A DNA stretch of 64,000 nt. It comes from Octopus sinensis (taxonomy: Eukaryota). The stretch spans positions 88,040,001-88,104,000 of the forward strand of contig NC_042997.1 in the NCBI RefSeq assembly GCF_006345805.1, in the 5' to 3' direction. Made by a program: the position numbers and the translations under genes. This document shows, in pieces, positions 41,081 to 53,831 of this stretch. The first letter of the stretch is position 1. The number at the start of each line of letters is the position of its first letter. The notes beneath the pieces were generated by a model that saw only the letters and a list, made by a program, of their open reading frames with translations, was not told the origin of the DNA and did no database searches.

Positions 41081-42060
41081 TGTCTTGCTTGTAGTGTGAG
41101 ATAAGAGTGGTGATAGTGATGAAAGATATAAATGGTGGTAGAATTATTGCTGGTAGTAGCGGTATTGAATGTAGTTATCATAATGGTAATAATGCTGAAG
41201 TGTGATGTGCACAATGCTAATTAAATTATTGTTGTGATGGTCACTGTGATGATGATGATGATGACAGTGGTGATGTTGATGATACGTATGAGGTAATGGA
41301 GATGAAAAACATAAACAAGTGAATATTAAAATTATAGTGCTAATTATCGTGATGGTAGTGGGTGGCAATGATGAGAAGAGATGTGTTCGCAGTGAAACTA
41401 ATGAAGGTGATAGGGACAATAAAAACAGAGATGATTGTAATAGGTAACGAAATTAAAATAGAAATAAATTCAATCAACCAAATCTAAACATAATTACACT
41501 AACAAATAAATTCTCAACACTTCATTATTAATTACAGCTATGAAACATTCTGGCTGAAACCTTGCAAAGAATTGTGATTTTTATTAACTCTTGCCCTCAT
41601 ACTATACCTGTGTGAGTTTATAACCTAATTATTGATTCCCAAGTGAAACTTTGTTCATTTCACATTGTTGCAATCCATAAATGTTAGAAATTGCTATTCT
41701 CTGACTTCAATTTTTTTTTAAATCATGCATGTTGTTGTCTGTCTTATTGTTTAGACACAGATCAGTTTTGTTTCAGAAGACAGACATATGATGAAAAGTG
41801 TTTCAACCTTGACAATGTTATCTATTTGTGTATCCAAGACCACATCACCCAATGGTCCTTGTAGCAGGTCTAAGCAACCACATAAAGCCTCCTTCCCTCA
41901 TTAGCTCATCAGCATAGTTATAGGGATATGAGACATTTCAGTACAGTCATTTTGGTGCAGCCTCTGTAGTGTTGCTGATCCACCACTGATTTATTTGACT
42001 TTAGTTGTTTTAATGTTTCTTCCTCCTCTCTCATCTATTTATTTATTTATTTATATTTAA

Positions 42061-42240
42061 AGAGCAGAACCACTAGGTGGTCGGCCATATGCTAGAAGTA
42101 GATTACCTACGATCAAACTACAAAGAAAAGAATGTTCTCTAGAGGAAAATTCAGCGACACCAGAACCATTCTTTTCTTTGTAGTTTGATCGTAGGTGATC
42201 TACTTCTAGCATACAGCCGACCACCTAGTGGTTCTGCCCT
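42061..42240. mobile_element. TTAA-flanked palindromic MITE (Kolobok-like)
   Basis: TTAA|AGAGCAGAACCACTAGGTGGTCGG...CCGACCACCTAGTGGTTCTGCCCT|TTAA; arms about 78 bp, near-perfect, short spacer. Confidence 0.8.
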
Positions 42241-45200
42241 TTAAATATACACATGTATTAGAATTTTCTCTGATTTTTCAGATTTTTGTATGCTAGGCTA
42301 CTGGTTTTAAATTGATATTAATTAAATTAATATTAAATTTATCTCCCTCATTATTTAAATATTTATTTATTTATGAATGTATGTATGTATGTATCCATCC
42401 ATCCATCCATCTCAGGTTTATGTGTGTGAGCATCTAGTTATATTTCTATGTATCTGTAATGTCTTTCTCTTTTTCTCTCTTCTCTCATCCAATCCACCTT
42501 TGTATGTATGTGCAATCTGTCTCTCTCTCTCTCTGTATGTTAGTATTTCTGTGTGTATGTATGTGTGTGTGTGTATGTATGTGTGTGTGTGTTTGTTCAT
42601 TTGCCACCAGTATCAAAACATGGTTCCAAAACAAGTAGAATGTCCAATCAGCCATGCCAAATCATCATTGTCCAAAGAGCTGTGCTTGATCATCTCATTA
42701 TGTAGGTATTTTGGTGAGTGCTGTAGGACAGCAATAATATTTTATTAATGGCATTTACTGCAGGTCAGTTCAAATTCATGGCCTTGTGCCAGTAATTAAG
42801 TTGTTAACAAATTAGAGTCAATACTCAGTTATTCATGTTAAACTAGACTGTTTCATTTCGTGTATATCAATCCATTTACAATACCAGCATCTAAAAGAAA
42901 GACATGAAGGTCACAATTTCCTGCCGCTTCTTTCCATATAAACTTTGATGTCATGTGCATCAAGGTCACAGCTTTTTAATCTTCTTTCCCTGTAAACTCA
43001 TTAGTTGAAGTCCACTGTTCTCAAATCTTCTCTTGCTGTTTGTTTACTATCAGTTTGTAGACCTTGATAGTGGTGGAAGTGGGCTTAATTTACAGCACCA
43101 ACAAATGTCTTTTATGCGTCAGTTGCTCTCTGCATTTCATATAAATTGTTGTTGTATATTCTATCATTAGCACACAGTTGTTTTCTATAACCAAAATACA
43201 TAATCCTCAATAACTGATTTATACGTTATTGTCATTTAACCCAGATCAGCCCTGATCATGCTAGCCTATTATTAAAGTCATTAAGGCAATGGGTTGATAG
43301 AATCTTTTGCATGCCACACAAATTGATTTGTAGTGTTTTGTCCATCTTTATGTTCTGAGTTCAAATTTTATCAAGGTTGACTTTGCCTTTTATCCTTTCA
43401 AGGTTGATTAAATAAGTACCAGTTAAGCACTTGGGTCATTGTTATCAACTAGCCCCTCCCCCCAAACCTTAGGCCTTGTGCCTATAGTAGAAAGTTAAAA
43501 CCATTTCATTTGTGACCATTACCAAACATAGGGTATATAGGACTTCTCTAGCAAGAGCGTCCTTCCCTTTTTACAAAAGTAACGTGCAAGGGAGATGTGA
43601 CTATTATTTCTTGATTGTGTAGAGACTTTTTCATCCTAAGTTATTGCTTAATCCCAGGTCAACCATGATTCAATGGACATTTGATTAAAGGTGTTGCAAC
43701 TGTAATCATACTAATTTTTTATCAAGTACAATGCAAAGGTTCACAATGTTTTATTCTTTAAGGTTGTAATGTGTGTCCCTCATTTGCACATTTCATAATA
43801 AAATAGGTATTGTTGGTGGTAAATTCATCACTGTACTTAATAGCAGTATTGTGAAATTGACAAAGGGATTATTTTTGGCTTGATGTACTAAATTTAATTC
43901 CTTCTCTAGAAAAAGCTTCTTGTAATAGAGCAGCATTTTATCAAAGGAAGATTCATCTTATATCTGCTTAATACTATGAAAACTAGAGATTAACAATCTT
44001 GTTTTACGTATGCTTGTGCTTTGGGGAGATATTTGCTTCTTTTAACAAATGATCACATGTAATTCCACCCCCATCTCACCACACACCACAATACACATAT
44101 CAAAAGAAAAAACTCCAAACACCCCAAAATACTATGCACTGGAATTCAGGCAGCTGAAATACTGTTAAGCTGAAAATCTTATATGGTCATTGATGATTAA
44201 GCAATATAGTTTGTGATTTAAGCACAAGGCCAGCAATTTTGAAGAGAAGTGGGATAAATCAATACCATATACTTCAATACTAGACTGGTAATATATTTTA
44301 TCACCTCCAGGGAATAAAAGACATATTTGACCTCAGCAAGAATTGAACTCAGAGTGAAAAGAGTTGGAACAAATACTAGCAACATTTTTTCAGTGCTCCA
44401 TCAGTTCTACCAATGCACAAATCTTTGTTGTTGTTTAGCTCCAGTCAACCCTTTCAAAATCAATCTATACTCAAAGACACCATGACTATCCTGTTGTTTC
44501 TGTTTCCAAACTTGCCTTCCTTTTTATTATAATAAAATATGATTTGAGAGACATTTGGCTACTATTTCAACTGGTTGAGACTATCTTGGTTCAACACTTT
44601 GTTGTCATGGCATTTATAAGCACCAATGTGTGAAATTAAGCTCCTGGCAAGCTTAGCCTGTTGGATGATGATTTGTTTTGTTTTTATTTTAAGTCATCCA
44701 CTTATACTTTGTACTTATGTATTTCTGCCAATTGTCAATGGCTTGGAAGAAGGATGGACTCTTCCAAGTTGACTTAACTATGATAAATAACATGAAGAAA
44801 GAAATTGGTGGTGAGCCAACAACTCACTAAAGGGTATTTATAGTTTATTTTATATCTCAGTTTGTAAACAATAACATCATTGGTTATAGGATTTCTATAG
44901 GCCAATCACTGGCTCACTGTACTTTGAACAGCAAGAGTAACACTATAACTGTACAAGTGTGTGTGTGTGCCTGCCTGCCTGCATGAAATGCTAATCTGGA
45001 CTCATGAAAATACATAATAAGGGTGTTGTACAGAATAAGCATTCAATCACGACACATCTGCAACAAAAAATAGTAGTCACTTGCTTTAGAAACCATTGTA
45101 GGTCCCATGGTTACTGAATAAAAGAAAGAAGGAAAGATTCGGAATTTGTGTATTTAATAATTAAATGAATGAAGACCATTGCACATATGTACAATGGGCC

Positions 45201-46331
45201 TCTGAAGGGTTCTTTACAAGGCTTCTCAACCTGTCTTTGATTATAAGTCTGCTTGATCTGGGATTCATGGCTTCTCAGTGTCTGCTTACTTTTGCTCAGC
45301 ATTCATATAAATTGAAGATACCTGGTACATATTCTATCACTGGCATCTAGTAATTACTGAAACAGAATAGAAATTTTATTCCATTGCTAGAAAAGAGATG
45401 AATGGAAACACAGTATCATATTAATGCCTGGAGCAATAGAAGATATGTTGTTCTTTGCTAGATAATTAGCAGCTCAGTTGTAGACTGTATTTTCTGAGAC
45501 AGCATTATTATTGAAATAATCTGGATATAGATTTCTAAAGAGAGAATTGTACAGAAGCTTTTTGTACATGCATACAACATACAAAATACGTCGACACAGT
45601 TTCTGTCTACCAAATTCTATGCAAAGCTTATTGGTCAACTCAGAGTTATGATAGAAGACACTTATCAAGGTATCACTCTGAGGGATTAAACTTATAACCA
45701 TATGCACCTCAGGTTATGGGACATTTTCAACTGCATTGTATTTTTTTAAATTTCAAATATTTTGCCTTCACTTTTTATAACATTAAACAAATTGAAAACA
45801 AATCTTTCTTTGGCATAATTTCATCTTTTATCCTATGTGAATTTCCTCCCAGAAATCTTCCTATATCCAGCAGTTTGGAGAATTTGGGATAGACAGTCAA
45901 GTGCCTTTCCCAAAGACATAAAGAAATAGCCACAATGAACTTATAACTTGAAATCTGCTACAATTCATTAAACAGTATGCTATTCAAAGACCATTTGATA
46001 CAAATCTAAATGGAATTAATCCAAGCTATGACTAAACATTGGAAATGATTTTCTTTTCATTTCCTGTTTTCAATTTTCAAAGGAAAGTATGAGTACAACT
46101 TAGTAATATCAGAAATATTAAATTTCTAAATATCTCATAGAGATATGTGCATTGGTGGAGCGATAGAGTGGTTGTTTACTGTCAACTTAACGTGACAGTC
46201 CCGTAAAGGGAATTACACCACCGCTATTTAGCCCTAGGAAGCATCGATGCTTCCTGTCAGCCTTGACACATTTCCTGTGTTCTTATATATTTATGAAGGG
46301 GAGACAAACACCCCCAACAGCTAGGCCTGCA

Positions 46332-46377
46332 TCTAGAGACATGCATGTTTCTGGGTCTTGCCCATCATCAGTCTAGA
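46332..46377 (-). ncRNA. Type I hammerhead ribozyme (left arm)
   Basis: Reverse complement reads TCTAGA CTGATGA TGGG CAAGA CCCA GAAA CATGCATG TC TCTAGA. Confidence 0.9.
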
Positions 46378-46478
46378 GTAGCATTTTGGTGATTTTGGTG
46401 ATCAGTGAATAAACTTCACTGAAAATATATACATTTACGAAGTCTAGACAGATATCTTCAGCTAGCAGGCCTTGCTAC

Positions 46479-46524
46479 TCTAGACTGATGATGGGCAAGA
46501 CCCAGAAACATGCATGTCTCTAGA
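46479..46524 (+). ncRNA. Type I hammerhead ribozyme (right arm)
   Basis: TCTAGA CTGATGA TGGG CAAGA CCCA GAAA CATGCATG TC TCTAGA: 6-bp stem I, 4-bp stem II, palindromic stem III, GUC cleavage site. Confidence 0.9.
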
Positions 46525-46719
46525 TGCAGGCCTAGCTGTTGGGGGTGTTTGTCTCCCCTTCGTAAATATATAAGGACACAGGAAATGTGTCAAAGCCGAC
46601 AGGAAGCATCGATGCTTCCTAGTGCTAAATAGCAGTGGTGTAATTCCCTTTACGGGACTGTCACATTAAGTTGACAGTATACAACTTAGTAATAGTTTTT
46701 CTTTTTAGTCTATACCTCA

Positions 46720-47440
46720 TCACTCATGAATGTCAACTCCAATTTGAGGACATGCCTCCTTCCAGGCTGTGCAAAGTGACATTGTGCATGCCAACTCTGA
46801 GACAGTTCATAGTCCAGTGTCGTGCATAAGTTCATGGAAATATATCATGCAGGACTAACCACTATACTTGAATGTCTCTACAGGGGTGTCAAAAAAAGTG
46901 TAGTGATGAAAACAGTGGTCTGTGAATTTTAGCTATCTTTATTTGATTGTGTAGCTGATGGGTAGTAAAAATCCATATAGTGACTTGTTTGATATAGGGT
47001 GACATAAGAGATGTTAAATGCCTTGCACAAAAGTCAAATATATGTGTCATCTAGTGATCGCTGTTGGGCCACTGTAAGAGATCAGCATTCAGAACCTTAG
47101 AGAGGAGCAGATTCTGCTGCAGCACAAAACATAGATTTAGGTCATGCAAATATTAGCAGAAATTGGCAATTGACTCAATGAGTCCCAACAAAAGTGTAAG
47201 AACAGCCTCACCAGCATTTTCACCAATATTTATGGCCTTTGTCTTTGAGCAGTTTATTGAGAGACCAACTTCGATGGCAGCTGACTCAAGGTTTGTGAGG
47301 AGAATTTGAGCATTTGTGACTGCATGTGAGAAGAGTGTGATGTCACCTGCAAAGTCAAGGTTGGTGAGGTATGGTGCTGGATGACACGAGTCTTGGCAGG
47401 CATGGAGAATGCCTAGTTTTCTTGGATCAATTTAATGTAA
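46720..47440 (-). pseudogene. Decayed RTE-clade LINE RT fragment
   Basis: YLTNLDFAGDITLFSHAVTNAQILLTNLESAAIEVGLSINCSKTK matches LTDLDFADD...GL.IN..KTK; the downstream extent is uncertain. Confidence 0.75.
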
Positions 47441-50068
47441 AATTCGAGAACCAAATAACAGATAAATCTTTACCACTCATTACATAGTTAGATTGCCCAT
47501 CTGTGTGTGAATTGGGGAATACATGTATGCAAACACATGCACGTGACCACATTTACAAGCTTTTATAAATATCTTTATACATATGTGATTGAATTAATAG
47601 TCTAAATCCTTACTATGCTATAGTTTGTGAAGTGTTAGTTACTCCCAAGTATTGTTATTGCTATCATTAATTGTCAGTGCTAAGTAATTTAAATAATCTC
47701 TCTCTCTCTCTCTCTCTCTCATCAGTAATCTATATCCAGATTATTCCAACAACAATGCTGTCTACAACTGAGTTACAAATTATCTATTAAAGAATAGCAT
47801 AAGCATATCTTCTATTGCTTCAGGCATCATCATTAACATGATACTGTGTTTCTATATGCCTCATTTCTACGTATGGAATAAAATTTTCCGTTCTGTTGCT
47901 GTAATTGCTAATTGATACTAACACACATTTTTTTTTTACATTTACTTGTTTGAATTTTTCCCTTTTTATACTGTTGTGTCTTCTGTATTTTCAACCTTCA
48001 TCATTCAAAGATAAACTGCAACTCAAAATTAGGGGCTTAATGGAAAGAAAAAATGTTCACTGCTTAACTGTCATGCCTGTTGGTTTATATAGCACTGAAT
48101 TCATTTCTTACTCATCAGTCAAGGGAGCAAAATTATGTGAGGAGTGATAAAATAATTAAACTGCATTTGGTGTTACATGCCTATATTTTTAAAGGCTTTT
48201 ATTATTATTATTATTTAAGTGAGAAGTACGGTTAAATTGCCAAAAGACTGGCTATTCATATTCTATTGTTGACACTATCTCATGTCCAAAGTTAAGACAG
48301 TTCTCAATATTAATTGTAAGTATGGCATGGCCATGCGTTTAAGTATTTCTTTTGAAACTACATGGTCCAATGCCACTTCATAGCACCTTGGGAAAATGTC
48401 CTCTAACATAGCCTTATATCAACCAATATCTCATGAACAGAATTTTGTACATGGAAACTGTGTACAAGTTTATTGTATATATGTGTATGTTTGTGTGTAT
48501 TTATGTGAATATGCATTCATATTTGTTTATATGTAAACAACAGTGAAAAAAAAACTGTTGCTCTTTGTAGAAAATCGGTTGTGATGTTTGTTCTGCACCA
48601 AGGTACGGGCCCTCCCTTGTTATTCTTATTGCCTGAAATGCAGTGAACCAGTGATTCAAACATGTAAACAATGAATCTATTGTTAACCATTTGTGATTTA
48701 TAAGAGGCAGGCAAGAGCAATAAAGTGGAATTGGTGATAATTTCACAGGCTTTTAATACTGAGCTTGGTTCTTGTCACAAGAATATTTACATGTAATAGA
48801 TCAGTAACCTATTGTGTCTGTCATCTACTTAACATCAGGGTTACTAGAACTGAAATCTTGTTTTATGATGTCTGATTCAAAAAGGATTAACTTCATTTTA
48901 CTGGCACCCTACTTTGTGGTATAACCATCAGTAGGCTTGTTACATATTGTTGCTGTCCAGGGTAGCCCTTATCCAACAGGATTATAGCCAAAGGTGTTCC
49001 AGCTTTAACCCATCTTTATCCCTTTAACTATAGTATATAAGGACACAATATTCAATGTATCCTTTCTGTTTATAAAATCATAAGGTGCTATTTGGGAGAA
49101 ATTTGGCTTCTATGATATGTTGACTTCATATTTTGTAATTAGAATCTGGCTGATCGGGTTGCTCGACAAAAACATTCACTATTTTGATTGTCATTCAGCA
49201 AATCTTCAGAACATCAAATACTTCAATATCAAATACTTTAGTTACATCATTTGTCTGATTTTAGTCAGTGTATAATAAAATTTTCATTCTTGGTGTGTTT
49301 GATTTGGATTTACTGTGTAAATCATTTAGTACTTAGTTATAAGAATTATGAATAGTAATCCTCATAACTCTGTATTGCAAGAGTTATAGCTAACTGAGCA
49401 ATTAACATCCCAAAGGCCTGATATTGTCATATCCAATCTCTACAGCTGCATTATGTCTACAACAAAAACATTTATTTCCATGCTCTAACTATAGAAAAGA
49501 GAGATGAGGAGAGAAAGAGTGGGAGAGAAAGCATAATGAGAAGATAATTTTGTGCTCTGTATAATTAATTATAATTAGTATAATTGTTTTCCGGACAATT
49601 GGTTTAATATTATTAATGGGATAATTATCAATTAATTAATACAATATGGTGTGAGGGCACATAAGTTTTGATCTTTAAAGGAGAAAAATAAAGTTTTTTT
49701 GTAAAGATATTTAAATTAAAATTTTAAGAAAGCTTTGAGATTTCAAGGCCTATTATAGATATATGAATCTAAATTCTGTACAAGGTGCACTATATAATTA
49801 TATCATTAGTTTGTTGTTCTTAGTTCAAGTTCTATGCACTGTCTGCGTTACATTTCATTCAGTTAGCTGTGTCTATGACATAGGTTTTCTCAAGCAGAGT
49901 TGACCATAGCTATCTTTTAGCAATACCTACACTGACAACAGGCATCATTACGTATCTCTCATTTTCTCAACATCCTGGAAACTGATCATATGTTCCAGTA
50001 CATAATCACTTTTTATCCAAATAGCATCTCATAAAAGGATATGATGATATAAAAATATCATTTCATAT

Positions 50069-50127
50069 ATTATTACTATTATTAGTAGTATTAGTATTGT
50101 CCCTTTGATCCTCGGTCGAAAATTTGC

Positions 50128-50170
<43 letters not shown>

Positions 50171-50484
50171 TTTCAGCTTCGCCTTGTATTGCATATTATT
50201 TCTCCATACAGGGGTTTTTTCAATGGCGGCCCATTTTCGCGGGGTTCCACTATTTCCCTTCTCTCTCTCCCTCTTTTACGTTGTCTGCCATCCCCCCTCT
50301 TCCTTTGCTAAGAGCATTTTTAAGCCAGCCCGTCATATTCCTGTGTCAGGCCGAAGAACGAAATGTTCCCAAGATAAGAGAGTCTTTCTAATCTAATGTT
50401 GTGGTTGAGCTGTTTATTATTTATTATTATTACTATTATTAGTAGTATTAGTATTGTCCCTTTGATCCTCGGTCGAAAATTTGC

Positions 50485-50521
<37 letters not shown>

Positions 50522-50691
50522 TTTCAGCTTCGCCTTGTATTGCATATTATTTCTCCATACAGGGGTTTTTTCAATGGCGGCCCATTTTCGCGGGGTTCCA
50601 CTATTTCCTTCTCGCTCTCCCTCTTTTACGTTGTCTGCCATCCCCCCTCTTCCTTTGCTAAGAGCATTTTTAAGCCAGCCCGTCATATTCC
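50069..50691. repeat. About 270-bp CpG-rich segment duplicated (50069-50341, 50426-50691), each with (TTA)n tracts
   Basis: Near-identical copies by direct inspection. Confidence 0.9.
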
Positions 50692-52123
50692 CGGTGCACC
50701 CGCCCTTGCCCCCCCCCACCACCAATACGGATATCTCTATATTTTTGCTCCATCTATACCGGATGTCGCTTCTCCCACCACCATTATAGGTGTCTACTCT
50801 TCGAACCCCCCTCTTCAATACGCTATTTGACCATGCATTACCCCTCTCTTGATATCCTACGTTCTACTTGCCTAGAACCTGTCATCATTTCTCTGAACCA
50901 CCCCTCCCCACTGGTGCTCCCCTATATTTCTCCCCCCCCACATAAAAAGCACCATCCGAACGTGGCCGATGCCAGACCCCTCTGGCACCTGTGCAGGTGG
51001 CACGTAAAAAACACCCACTACACTCGCGGAGTGGTTGGCGTTAGGAAGGGCATCCAGCTGTAGAAACACTGCCAGACTAGACTGGAGCCTGGGGCAGTCC
51101 CGAGCTCCCCAGACCCCGGTCGAAACCGTCCAACCCGTGCTAGCGCGGAAAACGGACGTTAAATGATGATGATGATGATGATGATCTCATCTTTAAAAGA
51201 ATATCACTATTTTAGTGCATCTTCATATGATCTGACTTCAAATATATTTATATATCCAACTTGTAATACTCAATCTCCAAGCCTCAGTTAGCTCCTTATA
51301 TTTTTTACCATGTTTCACTGATATACAGATCTATGACTAACATTTGGTAAATAAACACCAACATTATCTTTTTGATAGGTACTATTTGAACTTCTATACA
51401 TATTTCGAAGAAAATCACTTGTGATTTTTTATCAGCTCTTAGATTTAGCCTGCAACTCCTATAGATTTGTCATAGAATAGATTTGCTTTGCTTGGAGTTC
51501 TGCTACCATTTCTCAGCTGTAGCCCATTTCTCTTCCCTTGATGTCACTAATGTCCATAAAGAAGATATTAACATCAAATAATTTCCTTTTCCACTCCCAT
51601 TTAAATCTAAGATTTTGCACCTGTGAAATTAATTGATATTGATACAGTCCTAACACAATACAAGGAACCTAAGGAATTTCACTGGAAATCAATGATTAAG
51701 ACTGAAGGTAATTTACTGAAAACAATTTTGTGCTGTCCAAATGCTCATTATATATATATATATATATATAAAGTTAAATTACTTCATTTCTAACATAGAC
51801 CCAAGGCTTGAAATTTTGTGAGAACAATTGTTCACGTAGGTCACACAGAATTTGTTGAGGTGGATTTTCTATGACTAGATGCTCTTACTGTTGCCAACCC
51901 TCACCTGCTTCCAAGTAAGGTAATATTTCTTCATGGCCAGAAATGCTTTCACAAAATATTGGAAATGAAGGACACTAATAGCAGTAACATTCATTTACAA
52001 CTATCATGTGATGCCAAAGCAAGGAGACACAGCCAAACACTCACACTTACATGTGTGTATGTGTGTGTTCTACAGGAATTCTTTAACACAGAATCGCTGT
52101 GAAGACAGCTTAGAAAATTGAGG

Positions 52124-52197
52124 GGTCTCTTAGCTTAATGGTATAGAGCACTCAGCCGAAATTTGAGAGGTACAGGATTTGATTCTCGTAGAGGGTT
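52124..52197 (+). pseudogene. Degenerate tRNA-like sequence (GAA, Phe-like) forming a probable SINE head
   Basis: TAGCTTAATGGTATAGAGCA A-box/D-arm, CTCAG CC-GAA-AT TTGAG anticodon arm, damaged T-arm and acceptor; followed by (CT)n, a body and an RTE-type tail to about 52710. Confidence 0.55.
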
Positions 52198-53759
52198 GCT
52201 GGCCTCTTTCTTTCCATCTCTCTCTCCCTCCCTCTCACTCTCTCTCTCTCTCTCTCTCTCCGAGTAACCATATACCTTCTCTATAGCAAGACGCCTGTTT
52301 TTGCCTCCCTGTCACACTTTAACCTTTCATCATCTGACACAAGATCACTTCCTTTAATACCCCTTCCCCTTTCAAAAGTTCCTTGTCTTGCAAGTTACTT
52401 AGTGATGCCGTCGGTACTGGTACCACATAAAAAACATCCAGTCCACACTGTGAAATGGTTGGCATTTGGAAGGGCATCCAGCTGTAAAAACCATACCAAA
52501 ACTGACCTCACCCATGCTGGTGCCACATAAAAAACATTCAGTCTACTCTGTTGAGTGGTTGGTGTTAGGAAGGGCATCCAGCTGTAAAAATGATGCCAAA
52601 ACAGACACAGTAGCCTGATGTAGTTTTTCATCTGGCTGGCTCCTGTCAAACCATCCAACCCATGCCAGCATGGAAGGCAGACATTAAACAATGAAGATGA
52701 TGATGATATATATATAACGAGCTTCTTTCAGTTTCTATATTTTATCAGACTCCAGAAAGAAGAAAGGTAAAGTTGACCATGGCTAAGTTTTGAAGCTAGA
52801 ATATAAAAAGCCAGAAGAAATATCATAAGCATTTAAAATTTTGTTTGATATTTTAATGATTTTGTCAGTCCACTGCTAAAAGCTATTAAATAATTTAGGT
52901 CAACAGAAGCAACCAGAAATTAATATTTAAGCAATAGAATTCTTAAATCTAGAACTGAATACTGAATTTAAGAGTATGGTATTTCCATGTCAAGGATTAA
53001 ATACATGAATTCAAAATATTGGTCAAATGCTTCTTCATTTAATTATCTAGTTGTTTCTAGTGGTTCATAATCATTTAGAAATGCTTAATTTCTGTCCCGT
53101 AATACTATATCACTCCCAATTATATTGATTTAAGGCAACTGATCAACTCAGTATTTCAGCAGTTTAATTGGCTATTACAAAGCCACAGGCTATTACAAAA
53201 TCACCAGTAGTAATAGTAACAGTGCCAATGAGTTGGTGAGGAAGCAGTTGTACAAGTTCTCAATTTGCTAGTAATAGCAGCTACATTTCCTCAACCCACA
53301 CTCTTCTGTCATAGAATATGTAATTATTGGGTGACATAGTCCTAAATCTTAAATATACAGAAATTTGGGGTGGCCATGGCTGGAATGTTTTTGTTCATAG
53401 GTTTGCTCAATCAGAGTTGGCCTGGTTCTGAACAATAACAAGATGACTTCTAATGGTCTGTTTCAGTAACCTGCTATAGTACAAGAGCATAAACACACCA
53501 ACACCGGTTGTCAAGTGGTGGTGGGGAACAAACATAAACGCAAAGATGTGCGTGCACACACTCACACAAACACACACACACAACAGGCTTCTTTCAGTTT
53601 TCACCTACGAAATCCACTCACAAGGCTTTGGTCAGCCTGAGGCTGTAGTCAAAGGCACATTCCTAAGGTACTATGCAGTGGGACTGAACCCGGAACCATG
53701 TAGCTGGGAAGCAAGTTTCTTTATCACACAGCCAGGCCTGCACTTAAAAGAAAGGTGCA

Positions 53760-53831
53760 TTCCCATGCCAGGAATTGAACCTGGGCAGACTGGGTGAAAG
53801 CCAGGAATCCTAACCTCTAGACCACATGGGA
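53760..53831 (-). tRNA. tRNA-Glu(TTC), possibly functional
   Basis: TCCCATG TGGTCTAGAGGTTAGGATT CCTGG CT-TTC-AC CCAGT CTGC CCAGG TTCAATT CCTGG CATGGGA A: perfect acceptor and T stems, one anticodon-stem mismatch, TTTCTTTT downstream. Confidence 0.8.

Larger units (their letters stand above)
46171..46685. mobile_element. Inverted pLTR/retrozyme-like element: 213-bp arms, 89-bp spacer
   Basis: 46171-46383 vs the reverse complement of 46473-46685: 8 mismatches by manual count; each arm carries an HHR. Confidence 0.9.

Noticed and set aside
48570-48607. 32-nt AG/GT exon candidate (KIGCDVCSAP)
   Set aside because: Too short and unsupported by other exons.
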